A stretch of DNA of 45,914 nt, from IMG/VR virus record IMGVR_UViG_3300045988_041103, one strand, 5' to 3'. Within the stretch, counting starts at the first letter, position 1, and each line of letters starts with the position of its first letter. The notes beneath the pieces are model-generated. The model was not told where the DNA came from, did no database searches, and was given only the letters and a program-made list of their open reading frames with translations. Origin of the DNA: a virus. Both the position numbers and the translations under genes were made by a program. Shown here one piece after another: positions 22,915 to 31,403 of this stretch.

Positions 22915-24889
22915 CCGCTTTCTTTAACATATCCTGAATAACTTCTTCCAAGGCTTCTACCAACTCCGGTTTATCCTTACGAAGCATTTCTATCAGGTCA
23001 GGACGGACAACCGACAAAGCGCCATAATTGGCAAGGGTTTCTTCCGCTCGTTTCCCAATATCCCGGTAATATTTGGAACCGTGACCATATCGCACAAGGC
23101 CAGCATCACGGGCCGAACCACCGGAAAGGGCATCGTAAATATCTTCAAGGGAACTGATACCGCCGCCCATAGCGTTTCGGCATTGATAATCAATTTGTTC
23201 ACTTGCTTCACGCTTTAGCTTATTGAAGGCTTTTTTGTAGTCGGAATAAGAAATGGTTCTTGCATAGTATTGATCCGTCAAGGTGGAAGTGGCGGTTCTC
23301 AATTCAGCATTGATTTCCGCCGTAATACGCTTGCATTCCTTATCGAAGGCTTCAAAAAGGGAATCAATATCATCCGAAATATCAGTGTTGGTTTTCTGGA
23401 AAAAGGAACTTAACTTGGCATGGCTGGAACTGAACCAACCTGAATACTTTGCCGGGTCTGACCGGTTGAACATATCCATCAGGTGCATTTCCTCATGCAA
23501 GGTCGTAACCACTTGGCCGGTAAGATCATCCCCTGCCAGCTTGGGAATAATCAATTCAACATCCGCAAGCTGATCATTCCGGGTATAATAGCGATAATTA
23601 ACCGCATAGCCTTTCCCGTGGGAAACCTTCATGGGAATACCGTTGGCCCTGATGTTTTCCATAGCCCCCATTTTGGAATAAAGGGCAACCACATCAGGAT
23701 CAGCGTTTTCACACGCATTCACATAATCAATCAGGGCTTGGGTGTTCTTCCGTTCCTTCTTGTCAGTCAGGTATTCAGGGAACATTTCAGCCTTCAGCGG
23801 CTCCAATTCCCTTTTCGCCTTCATTATAGCGCCCACGGTGGCAACCGTCAAACCATCCTTCACACCATCCACAAAAGCCTTCTTCCAATCGGTATATTTC
23901 ATGTTGGCCGGGACATAGTACACCTTTCCATCAGCGGTGCGGGCGGCTCTTTCGCCGTCCATATCGTCATAATGGGGGCAAGTGGTTCCCCGGCAATTTG
24001 GGTGGAAGGGCGGAACAGTCACCCCCGGCTCATATTGGGCCAGCGGGATCACCGTTCCATCAAGGGGCTGACATACCGCACAGGTGCGGGAATCCAGCGT
24101 TTCCACAATTTCAATCTGATCCACACCCAAATCTTTATACATCTGGATTTTGGAAACAGCGTTGAAATAGGTGGTTTCCGTATGCACCAGCCGCCTTGCC
24201 TTATAACGGGCTGTTCCGAACTTCTTTTGAATGGCGGTGATAGTCTTGGCCGGTGGATCACCCCGCAACATACCTTGAAGCAGTTCTTTGTTTACGGTGT
24301 CCACCAAATCAGCCTTGTTCACCCAACAGCGATCCCGAAAAGTCCGTCCGTCCGTTGTCCACGGTTTTGAAAGTAAGGTTTCAAGTTTCTTCTGGTTCAA
24401 AGCGGTGAAATCCCATCCAAGGCCAATGCCCTTTTGGATTTCAAAGGCCCCGTGGGTGTACCCATTGGAAACCAGCTTCTTCAGAAGATCATCCACCCCA
24501 TCAACCTGATTGCCATACAGAAGTTCAATCTGCTGTTGAATTTGCAGTTGGATTGCTTCAAGGCGGCTGACATGGAAACGGGTTGAAGCGTTTTCCAACT
24601 TCTTAATCCATTCCGGGGAAAGGTTGGCTTGCTGTGCGGCTTTCACATACTGTTCCGCCGTCCACTTGAATTCTTCAAGCTGTCCGGTGGTCAGCATTTT
24701 CCGGGCTTCCGCCAAAGTCACATTGTTATTGGTTGCAAATCGCTGATACCAGCTTTCAATATCCCGCTGAACAGTGTGTTCAGTTTCCCGGTAAATATCT
24801 TCAAGTGTCTGAAGGTATTCATCCGCTTGTTTGTGGGCCGAATTTTCAAGAATGGCGAACCGGCCCCGCCAATAGTCAGCATTTTTCAC
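22907..24889 (-). CDS. Minor head protein (MuF / SPP1 gp7 family) with a ~310-aa C-terminal HExxH domain
   Basis: FHPNCRGTTCPHYD is the MuF signature. HEEMH is at 23483-23497. The likely start is GTG 24889 (AAGGGAG 9 nt upstream, giving VKNADYWRGRF). The ORF stays open up to 24961. Confidence 0.85.
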   Translation of the reverse strand: MKNADYWRGRFAILENSAHKQADEYLQTLEDIYRETEHTVQRDIESWYQRFATNNNVTLAEARKMLTTGQLEEFKWTAEQYVKAAQQANLSPEWIKKLENASTRFHVSRLEAIQLQIQQQIELLYGNQVDGVDDLLKKLVSNGYTHGAFEIQKGIGLGWDFTALNQKKLETLLSKPWTTDGRTFRDRCWVNKADLVDTVNKELLQGMLRGDPPAKTITAIQKKFGTARYKARRLVHTETTYFNAVSKIQMYKDLGVDQIEIVETLDSRTCAVCQPLDGTVIPLAQYEPGVTVPPFHPNCRGTTCPHYDDMDGERAARTADGKVYYVPANMKYTDWKKAFVDGVKDGLTVATVGAIMKAKRELEPLKAEMFPEYLTDKKERKNTQALIDYVNACENADPDVVALYSKMGAMENIRANGIPMKVSHGKGYAVNYRYYTRNDQLADVELIIPKLAGDDLTGQVVTTLHEEMHLMDMFNRSDPAKYSGWFSSSHAKLSSFFQKTNTDISDDIDSLFEAFDKECKRITAEINAELRTATSTLTDQYYARTISYSDYKKAFNKLKREASEQIDYQCRNAMGGGISSLEDIYDALSGGSARDAGLVRYGHGSKYYRDIGKRAEETLANYGALSVVRPDLIEMLRKDKPELVEALEEVIQDMLKKAGG

Positions 24890-24984
24890 GGGGTCACGCT
24901 CCCTTCTTGAATGATCAGGCACTATAACCACTCCGCAACTCATGCCCGTGCTAAAACCCATAACAACTATTTAGCGTTCCCAGA

Positions 24985-25067
24985 TGGTGCCGGGTATGGG
25001 ACTTGAACCCATACGCCAAAGGCGGCGGATTTTGAATCCGCTGTGTCTGCCATTCCACCAACCCGGC
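24985..25067 (-). tRNA. tRNA-Leu: tRNA-Leu (anticodon CAA), class II with a long variable arm, encoded CCA
   Basis: Folded manually: acceptor GCCGGGT/ACCCGGC, anticodon stem GCGGA/TCCGC with loop TTCAAAA, T arm ATGGG-TTCAAGT-CCCAT, 3' ACCA. Confidence 0.9.
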
Positions 25068-25070
25068 AAG

Positions 25071-25145
25071 TGGTAGCGTGTACGGGGGTCGAACCCGTGT
25101 TCCCGGCTTGAAGGGCCGGTGTCTTAACCGCTTGACTAACACGCC
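25071..25145 (-). tRNA. tRNA-Glu: tRNA-Glu (anticodon TTC), encoded CCA
   Basis: Acceptor GGCGTGT/ACACGCT, anticodon stem CCGGC/GCCGG with loop CCTTCAA, T arm ACGGG-TTCGACC-CCCGT. Confidence 0.9.
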
Positions 25146-25244
25146 ATAGAAAGTGCCGGGGAAAGGAATTGCACCTTTGACCGGGTAAGGAGGTGAACCC
25201 CGGCCCCGCCCCATTATTGCCCCGGCATATAGGGAAGGCGGGGA

Positions 25245-26738
25245 TTATTCGTCCCCGCCTTCATCACCATCAGGATCTTCTTTCTGAACATTCCCAAAAG
25301 CGCCGGTGTAATCCTGCGCCTGTTCCATTGCTTCTTCCTTTTCCTTCCTGATCCGCTCCAACTCCAATTCCACATCCGTTGTCCACGGGTGCTGGGCCAC
25401 AATGGTTTCATTGGACAGAATACCAACGGACTTCCCACAGTTTTCAATGGCTTCACTTTCATTCACCGGCATATCCCGGTTGAAAACAATGGTAGTTTCT
25501 TCTTCCTCGAAGTCACCCCGGCCAGTGTTGGCAAAATCCTGATTGATAAACCACAGAAGATCATCAAAGGCCGCTTGGAACTCGGTTTCCATCCCGTTTG
25601 CGTCAAGGTCAATGTCAGAATACATGGATTGAATGTTCATCTGATTGGGGTTGTTACCCATGCGATCATCCTTGGCATTATAGCCACGGGCGTTTTCAAT
25701 CAGTTTATCCTTGAACAGTTTCAGAATGGAATTGAAGTTTTCAGCGTTAATTTCAACGGTCAGGGTTTCCACCCCGCCATCATCCCGAACTTTCACGGCT
25801 CCGAAGGTTGCAAGGTTGCGGCGGAACTCCCCAAGGTTTTCACCATCATAGTTCTTCAGGATCAGAATGGTGTTCCGTGCGTCCTCTTGCATATTGTTTT
25901 CAAAGTCGGAAATCATAGTGTTGATACCGTCCTGAAGGGTTTTCACACGGCGAATCAGGGGGATTTCCTGCTTATTGTACTTGAACGGGATCAGGGGAAT
26001 CCGCTCCCAATTCAGTTCAACCGTTTCTTCCCCATCGTCAACACTGAAATAGTTTTCATGTTCCCCCAACTGTTCATCCGGGGTCAGGGTGGTTCCATCA
26101 TACACATAGCGGTAAAGGCCATCTGATTTGAAGATTTCCACCCGCTCCACAATTTCCTTGGTGTAGCCGCTCCAAACCTCTTGCGGGTAAAGGCGGACAG
26201 CACAATCAAGGATGGTATGATCATCGTCAGCCCAAAACGGAAGAATTTCATGGGCCGGGAAGTGCTTGAAGGCAAGTTTGCCATCATCCCCATAGTAGGG
26301 GTACAACCAGCCGATCCCGCCTTTCAGGGCATCTTCACACACATACTTCAGAAGCCGCTTGAACCGCTTATCAAAAACCTTGTTCAGAAATTCGGAGTAG
26401 GTCTTGTTTCTACAAGTCAGGGAAAAGGGCTTGCCCACAAGATAGTTGGTTTTCTGATCCACCATCAAAGCAAACTGGTTATCCACCAGCCGATTGTTGG
26501 GAAGGTTGTCAACTTCCTGAAGTTTGCCATCCTCGCCAATGATTGTGCGCTTGCGGGTCAGAATGTCATGGAAACCTTCATAGTAGGCATCCCCGGTAAT
26601 CTGTTCTTTCCGCTTGCGGCTCCGCTTCCATTCATCAATTTCAGCGGCGAAAAACTGAAGTTCAGTCATGCCGGTATTGCCGCCCATCAGGATCAGGCGA
26701 TTGATCCGGGCCGTTTCAGTATCAGTAAACAAAGGCAT
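25245..26738 (-). CDS. Portal protein (SPP1 gp6-like)
   Basis: 497-499 aa. ATG 26738 has AAAGGATGGTGA upstream. Position is after terL. Confidence 0.9.
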   Translation of the reverse strand: MPLFTDTETARINRLILMGGNTGMTELQFFAAEIDEWKRSRKRKEQITGDAYYEGFHDILTRKRTIIGEDGKLQEVDNLPNNRLVDNQFALMVDQKTNYLVGKPFSLTCRNKTYSEFLNKVFDKRFKRLLKYVCEDALKGGIGWLYPYYGDDGKLAFKHFPAHEILPFWADDDHTILDCAVRLYPQEVWSGYTKEIVERVEIFKSDGLYRYVYDGTTLTPDEQLGEHENYFSVDDGEETVELNWERIPLIPFKYNKQEIPLIRRVKTLQDGINTMISDFENNMQEDARNTILILKNYDGENLGEFRRNLATFGAVKVRDDGGVETLTVEINAENFNSILKLFKDKLIENARGYNAKDDRMGNNPNQMNIQSMYSDIDLDANGMETEFQAAFDDLLWFINQDFANTGRGDFEEEETTIVFNRDMPVNESEAIENCGKSVGILSNETIVAQHPWTTDVELELERIRKEKEEAMEQAQDYTGAFGNVQKEDPDGDEGGDE

Positions 26739-26740
26739 AT

Positions 26741-26914
26741 TCAATCACCATCCTTTCTCTCTTGGGGGGGGGGCTGAAATCCAATGGGGCGCTGTCTGGT
26801 TTTCTCCAAGGTCAGCGTTTGGTTTGAAAGTTCCACTTCAATCTTCAAAGACTGGTAGGGAAGCCGATCCGCCCACTGTTCAATTTTCTTCAAAATGTGC
26901 TGTTGTTCAAACAT
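26741..26914 (-). CDS. Small hypothetical protein between terL and portal
   Basis: ATG 26914 has AGAAAGGAA upstream. The coding-strand C10 tract lies near its 3' end. Confidence 0.45.
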   Translation of the reverse strand: MFEQQHILKKIEQWADRLPYQSLKIEVELSNQTLTLEKTRQRPIGFQPPPQERKDGD

Positions 26915-26995
26915 GGGCGGTTCCTTTCTATTGGGCAATGAACACCGAACACCAGAAACCGTGTGTTTCCGAGGATGTTTGTTACTATCCTGTTA

Positions 26996-28327
26996 TTAGT
27001 CGAAGCTGAAGGCGGGGCCAACCAGCATATCTTCCAGCGCATAACGCATAGCGTCCATCAGGTGGTTGAAATCATCAATGGGGGTATTGATCTTGGCCCC
27101 AAACTTATCTTCAGCCCAAGTGTAATTTGAAATTTCAGTAATGAAGTTCACACACCGGGGATGAATGATGATGGTGTAATCCTGAATGTACTGAATGCCA
27201 TTGTTCACGCTGTCCTTGCCCTTCCGGGCGGCTCTGATACGCTGAAGGCCAGCTTCCCGCAATTCATCAATGCTTTTCGGCTCTGCACAATCGGCCTTGA
27301 TCCGTTCCTTGGCGTAACCCATGGCGGTTACCCGCTCACAGATTGCCCGGTTGGTCAGGGCCTTTTCATACAGTTCATCAAAAACCCAAATGGTTCTTTC
27401 CTTTTGGCTCACCAGCCCACAGAACAGGGCCGTGGGGTCATTGGTATAACCAAAGTCAAGGCCAAAATAGCTTTTCACATCGGGCTTCTTGGAAATAGCC
27501 TGAATGTCAAAGGCTTCTTCTCGCCATTTCTCATAAATCAGGCCATCCACAATGCCCCAACCCCCAAGGCCAGCCACTTTGTAGCGCCGGGGGTTGTTTT
27601 CCTTCATGTTTTCAAAAACCTTCAGGTCAGACGCATCCAGCCATTCATTACACAGGTAATTGGTGGTTGTGGCGAAAATCTGACCATCCGGGGAAGTCCA
27701 ACTATCATGGAATTTGTATGTGGGATTCCCTTGGGCATCCTTGCCGGTGATCTCACCGAAGAACCGTTTCCTGATCCAGTGTTTTTCATTCCACGGGTTG
27801 AAGGTCAGCGTGATTTGCTTGAACAGGCCGGTTTCCGGTGGAATAGCACCACGGATGGATTCATCAAGCATATCAAAATCAGATTCATTCATGATTTCGT
27901 ATGCTTCTTCAATCCAGCACCAGCACAGATAACCAATTTCAACGGTGATGGAAGTAACCTTCAGGGGATCATCAAGGCCCCGGAAATAGATTTTTTGGCC
28001 GGTTGGCTTATAGGTCATTTCAAGGGGGCTTTCCTTGATCTCCCAATATGCCTGAACCCCAAGCCGGTTGATTGCCCATTTCAGTTCAGTAAAACAGGAA
28101 TCTTTCAATGTTCTGAACACCTTACGAACAACAAGGGTGTTGGCTTCCGGGTATTCCATCATTCGCTTGATGATGTTCAGGGCCGTGGTTTTGGATTTCT
28201 TGGAAGCACGGGAACCCTTGCACACCCGGTAACGGCCTTTGAAGTTCCAGAAGGTGGCGTAACCTTTGCCCACCACTTCAGGAAGGCGGATCACCTTTGC
28301 CTTGGGGTTAATCTTCAAGCTGATCAT
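26996..28327 (-). CDS. terL: Terminase large subunit (PBSX/XtmB-like)
   Basis: 443 aa. The N-terminal ATPase region has KGSRASKKSKTTA (Walker A-like). Synteny with terS supports the call. Confidence 0.9.
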   Translation of the reverse strand: MISLKINPKAKVIRLPEVVGKGYATFWNFKGRYRVCKGSRASKKSKTTALNIIKRMMEYPEANTLVVRKVFRTLKDSCFTELKWAINRLGVQAYWEIKESPLEMTYKPTGQKIYFRGLDDPLKVTSITVEIGYLCWCWIEEAYEIMNESDFDMLDESIRGAIPPETGLFKQITLTFNPWNEKHWIRKRFFGEITGKDAQGNPTYKFHDSWTSPDGQIFATTTNYLCNEWLDASDLKVFENMKENNPRRYKVAGLGGWGIVDGLIYEKWREEAFDIQAISKKPDVKSYFGLDFGYTNDPTALFCGLVSQKERTIWVFDELYEKALTNRAICERVTAMGYAKERIKADCAEPKSIDELREAGLQRIRAARKGKDSVNNGIQYIQDYTIIIHPRCVNFITEISNYTWAEDKFGAKINTPIDDFNHLMDAMRYALEDMLVGPAFSFD

Positions 28328-28739
28328 CCCCCGTAATGATCACCGGCACAGCGCCTTCAAGCCCAACTTTATCAGTGAACAGGCCATAACGCTTGCCGAT
28401 CAGTTCAGCGGCCTTCAGGCGCTCTTTTGCAGAAACATCAATATCCGTGACGGTCTGAACGCCTTCACCAACCAGCTTCAAAACCTGTTCGGTATGCTCA
28501 CCACGCATAACGGAAGTAAGATATTTCATCACTTCTTCAGCGTCAGCGATCTTGGCGGAATGGATTTTGGCAAGCTGTTCATCAATATAAGCACGAAGGT
28601 CAGGTTTTGCAAGGTTTTCGCTTCCTGTCTGCTTTGCGGTCTTGCGGGAATACCCGGCCTTAATTGCCGCATCCGTGGCATTACCGCTGATCAGGTATTC
28701 ATCACAAAACTTCTGCTGTCTTGGGGTCAAGGTATTCAC
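28308..28739 (-). CDS. terS: Terminase small subunit (Terminase_2-like)
   Basis: LTPRQQKFCDEYLISGNATDAAIKAGYSRKTA is the typical HTH signature. Confidence 0.85.
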   Translation of the reverse strand: MNTLTPRQQKFCDEYLISGNATDAAIKAGYSRKTAKQTGSENLAKPDLRAYIDEQLAKIHSAKIADAEEVMKYLTSVMRGEHTEQVLKLVGEGVQTVTDIDVSAKERLKAAELIGKRYGLFTDKVGLEGAVPVIITGDDQLED

Positions 28740-28760
28740 CGCCTTTCTGTCAGGTATAAG

Positions 28761-28787
28761 AAAAGCGCCCCGGTTCCCCGTAGGCGC
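28761..28787 (-). terminator. Terminator-like hairpin between the late-regulator gene and terS
   Basis: Minus strand reads GCGCC-TACGGGGAACCGG-GGCGC followed by TTTTCTT. The stem is imperfect. Confidence 0.45.
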
Positions 28788-28827
28788 AATTTCATAAATA
28801 GATTATCTCATAGAATAAACTCTGTTT

Positions 28828-29310
28828 TCAAGCGGTGGCACTCTGTTTTTCTCTGTTCCTGAAAAACTCGCTGTTCGCTTGGGAGAAAGCAAGCAAACCT
28901 TTCCCGTGAAGTTCATACACCCATTGAATTGAAAAGTTAAGTTCAAGGGCAATATCTTCCCACTTTTTCAACTGAATATAGCGCCCGATCAGAATATTTT
29001 GCTGATCAAGATCAGGAATCCGATTGATCATGGTGAAGGCTTCCTGTTTCATATCAACAAGTTCATCAATGCGCCGGTTAATATCGGCTTCAAGGTCAAC
29101 GATCTTGGCAACCGTTTCTTCAAGGGTGTTTTTCGGGCCTGAAGTCTGTACCTTATCGGGGTTCAGTTCATAGCTTTGGGAAGTCAAGCTGGAACGCAAG
29201 GTGAGCACCGTATCTGTCAGCCGCTTGATCAAGCGATCTGTTTTTCTGATTTGGGCAAAATAATCTTTGGCCCGTTGGGAAAGTTCTTTGTCAGTCACTA
29301 TGTAACACAT
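28828..29310 (-). CDS. Putative late-gene transcriptional activator (sigma region-4-like; ArpU/RinA/DUF1492-type)
   Basis: Position is directly upstream of terS. The C-terminal ILIGRYIQLKKWEDIALELNFSIQWVYELHGKGL looks like an HTH of sigma-70 region 4 type. The start is uncertain (29310, 29298 or 29406). Confidence 0.5.
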   Translation of the reverse strand: MCYIVTDKELSQRAKDYFAQIRKTDRLIKRLTDTVLTLRSSLTSQSYELNPDKVQTSGPKNTLEETVAKIVDLEADINRRIDELVDMKQEAFTMINRIPDLDQQNILIGRYIQLKKWEDIALELNFSIQWVYELHGKGLLAFSQANSEFFRNREKQSATA

Positions 29311-29321
29311 CCTTTCTGCAC

Positions 29322-29562
29322 ATCTGTTCTGTTCAGGTGGATTGGAAAACCCTTGATTTATCAGCATTTTCAGAGAATAGAACAGATAGAACAGATACTT
29401 TTGCATTCTCTTATATAGTTATACTTCTTTATATATTTTTTATATTTTATATTTAAGAAATATAACATCTGTTCCATCTGTTCTATAATTAAGAAATCCC
29501 GCTGTTTTCAAGGGTTTCCAGCGTCACAGATATATCAAAAACATCTGTTCCGCATCCGTTCC
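29322..29562. repeat. 9-bp motif array: ATCTGTTCT (29322-29330); GAACAGATA x2 (29380-29397); 69-bp AT-rich spacer; ATCTGTTCC/T x2 (29467-29484); ATCTGTTCC (29543-29551); ATCCGTTCC (29554-29562)
   Basis: Read directly. It is a paralogue of the 45748-45844 module, including the shared spacer core TATATTTTTT(T)ATATTTT. Confidence 0.9.
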
Positions 29563-29584
29563 ACCCACCACCCCAACAACTATT

Positions 29585-29935
29585 TTAGGTGTCACCTGTC
29601 CGGGGTTCCAGCATCACTTCAGCAATTTCAATTCCAATCACCATATCCTTGAAGTCCTCGGTGTCACCTTCCACTTCCAATTCATCCCCATTAGCATTTT
29701 TCAGCGTTGCCCGGTAGATTTCATATTCATCATCGAAACTAAACTGACAATCATTTTCAGTGTAAAGGTCAATATCTTCTTGAACATCATATTCCAGAAA
29801 GGTGAAGTCCAACAAGGAAGCACCCTTGCAATTTCCACCGATTTTGAAAGCCACATGGCCGATATAGCCCCATTGCATGAAGGTTACACGAACCACATGA
29901 ACCCCCTGAAAATTGGGGTCATAAAAGTTGATCAT
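29585..29935 (-). CDS. Hypothetical acidic protein
   Basis: 116-aa ORF, the last gene of the early operon. Confidence 0.5.
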   Translation of the reverse strand: MINFYDPNFQGVHVVRVTFMQWGYIGHVAFKIGGNCKGASLLDFTFLEYDVQEDIDLYTENDCQFSFDDEYEIYRATLKNANGDELEVEGDTEDFKDMVIGIEIAEVMLEPRTGDT

Positions 29936-30138
29936 CGGTATTCCCTCCCGCTCTTGCGTTCACGAATTTCAATTCTGTTCAGCAGTTCAAAGCCAGCCAA
30001 ACGGATGATGTACTTCAGGACGAAGATCAGGGTGTTCACCCGCTTCTGCTGTTCATCTTCTTCCCGAATGATGTTCTTTGTGCCGTGATAGGCTGTGGGA
30101 TCATTATAGCCTTCAGCATTTTCCCAAGGTTTAGGCAT
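29932..30138 (-). CDS. Hypothetical small protein
   Basis: ATG 30138 (MPKPWENAEGYNDPTAY) has AAAGGAAG upstream. The ORF track begins at 30168. Confidence 0.5.
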   Translation of the reverse strand: MPKPWENAEGYNDPTAYHGTKNIIREEDEQQKRVNTLIFVLKYIIRLAGFELLNRIEIRERKSGREYR

Positions 30139-30143
30139 TGGCT

Positions 30144-30476
30144 TCACTTCCTTTCTTCCTGATACCATGCTTCCACATCACACCCAATGCCTTTCAGCTT
30201 TTGGCGGCAAAGCCAACCACCATCTTCAGCATCCATCAGGTAATGATCCCGCAATTTGATATTTTCGGCATAGAACAGCTTCCACGCCTTCTTCAAACGC
30301 TTGGGGCCGAACCCGAAATGAACATGAAGCATCCACAGAATGGAAGAATCATTGTCAATGCTGAATTGGGTATCGTTTTCAACTATCTGCTTTTTGATTT
30401 CCTGATCCAAGGCCCTTTGTTCGGCCTTATTCAAGGCCACGCCAAAGATTTTGCCGCCAGCCTTCTTAAAGTTCAT
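30144..30476 (-). CDS. Hypothetical protein
   Basis: ATG 30476 (MNFKK) has GGAG 8 nt upstream. The ORF track begins at 30497. Confidence 0.5.
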   Translation of the reverse strand: MNFKKAGGKIFGVALNKAEQRALDQEIKKQIVENDTQFSIDNDSSILWMLHVHFGFGPKRLKKAWKLFYAENIKLRDHYLMDAEDGGWLCRQKLKGIGCDVEAWYQEERK

Positions 30477-31104
30477 GGTATTCACTCCAAATATCATCGA
30501 ACAGAACCGGGATCTTGGCGTGAACCATATCCAACAGCTTTAGGGCCACTTCACGCATTTGGGGATGTGCGGCCTTGGAACAGCGCAACTTCAGGAAGTG
30601 CCGCCATTCACGAATGTCAGCGGTCATGACCACTTCAGTTTTCAGGCTGTTGGGCAGAACAGAACGGGCTTCCTGTGCGGTACACCCGTAATTCAGAAGG
30701 TTGAAATAAGCCTGTTCAGCGGCAAGGCAACCTTCTTCCCACAGGTTCCAACCATCAGTGTTGGGGTTCAGGAAACAGGGGCGGATCACGGTGATTTCAG
30801 AACCAAAGCCTTCCTTGCTGTAATTGCAATAGCGGGTGGATTCCTGACAGTATGCGGCCAGACGGTGGCGCACGATCTCATGAGAAACACCACGATCACA
30901 GATGAACTTCACCGTGAAGGAACAGTGTTCCAGAACGGCTTCATGGCCCCGCTTGATGATACCGGCAATGAACTTTTCAGCGGAACCTTCCGTGATCTTA
31001 TCTTCCGATTTGTAGCAGACACGCCCACATTCTTCAAGGCGCTTCAGGATCACAGCACCATCAACAGGGGTAATAAACTGAACATCAGCATTGATAATTT
31101 TCAT
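30466..31104 (-). CDS. thyX: Flavin-dependent thymidylate synthase ThyX
   Basis: The ThyX motif RHR-x7-S is present as RHRLAAYCQES. EHCSFTVKF... and overall length also fit. Confidence 0.88.
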   Translation of the reverse strand: MKIINADVQFITPVDGAVILKRLEECGRVCYKSEDKITEGSAEKFIAGIIKRGHEAVLEHCSFTVKFICDRGVSHEIVRHRLAAYCQESTRYCNYSKEGFGSEITVIRPCFLNPNTDGWNLWEEGCLAAEQAYFNLLNYGCTAQEARSVLPNSLKTEVVMTADIREWRHFLKLRCSKAAHPQMREVALKLLDMVHAKIPVLFDDIWSEYHEL

Positions 31105-31400
31105 TTTTCTTCAACCTCCATAGCATCAATTTCCAACACGGCCATCATTGCATAATTGGCAAGATCAATCAGGGTATCTCTAATGGATTCATCCATCACC
31201 TTCTGATCAGCATTGCGGGAAAGGGTTTTGAACCTGTTGAACTTATCGCCAAGGCGAATCCGAACCATAGCCATACCTTCTTCAAGGAACGATTTATGGA
31301 AACTATCACCGTAATCATGATTTTTCTTGGCGTACAGATCATTGATTTCTTCACAAAGAATTTTGTGCTTCTGGATCTTGGAAGCTTCATAGGCATCCAT
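31101..31400 (-). CDS. DUF1599-like small helical protein (MazG-related NTP-pyrophosphatase-like fold; recalled)
   Basis: KKNHDYGDSF and IRLGDKFNRF motifs. 99 aa. Confidence 0.5.
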   Translation of the reverse strand: MDAYEASKIQKHKILCEEINDLYAKKNHDYGDSFHKSFLEEGMAMVRIRLGDKFNRFKTLSRNADQKVMDESIRDTLIDLANYAMMAVLEIDAMEVEEK

Positions 31401-31403
31401 GAC

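Noticed and set aside
25187-25196. Perfect plus-strand Shine-Dalgarno TAAGGAGGTGA
   Set aside because: No start codon or ORF follows on the plus strand. It is the complement of the anti-SD-like segment discussed for the minus-strand tRNA-like element.
24951-25462. ORF-track entries 24951..25214 and 25214..25462 on the minus strand
   Set aside because: The first is laid over the two tRNA genes. The second is an out-of-frame shadow of the portal 3' end.
29322-29562. CRISPR array as an explanation for the short repeats
   Set aside because: The units are 9 bp, directly abutting or inverted, with no 25-40-bp repeat/spacer periodicity. No cas genes are present.
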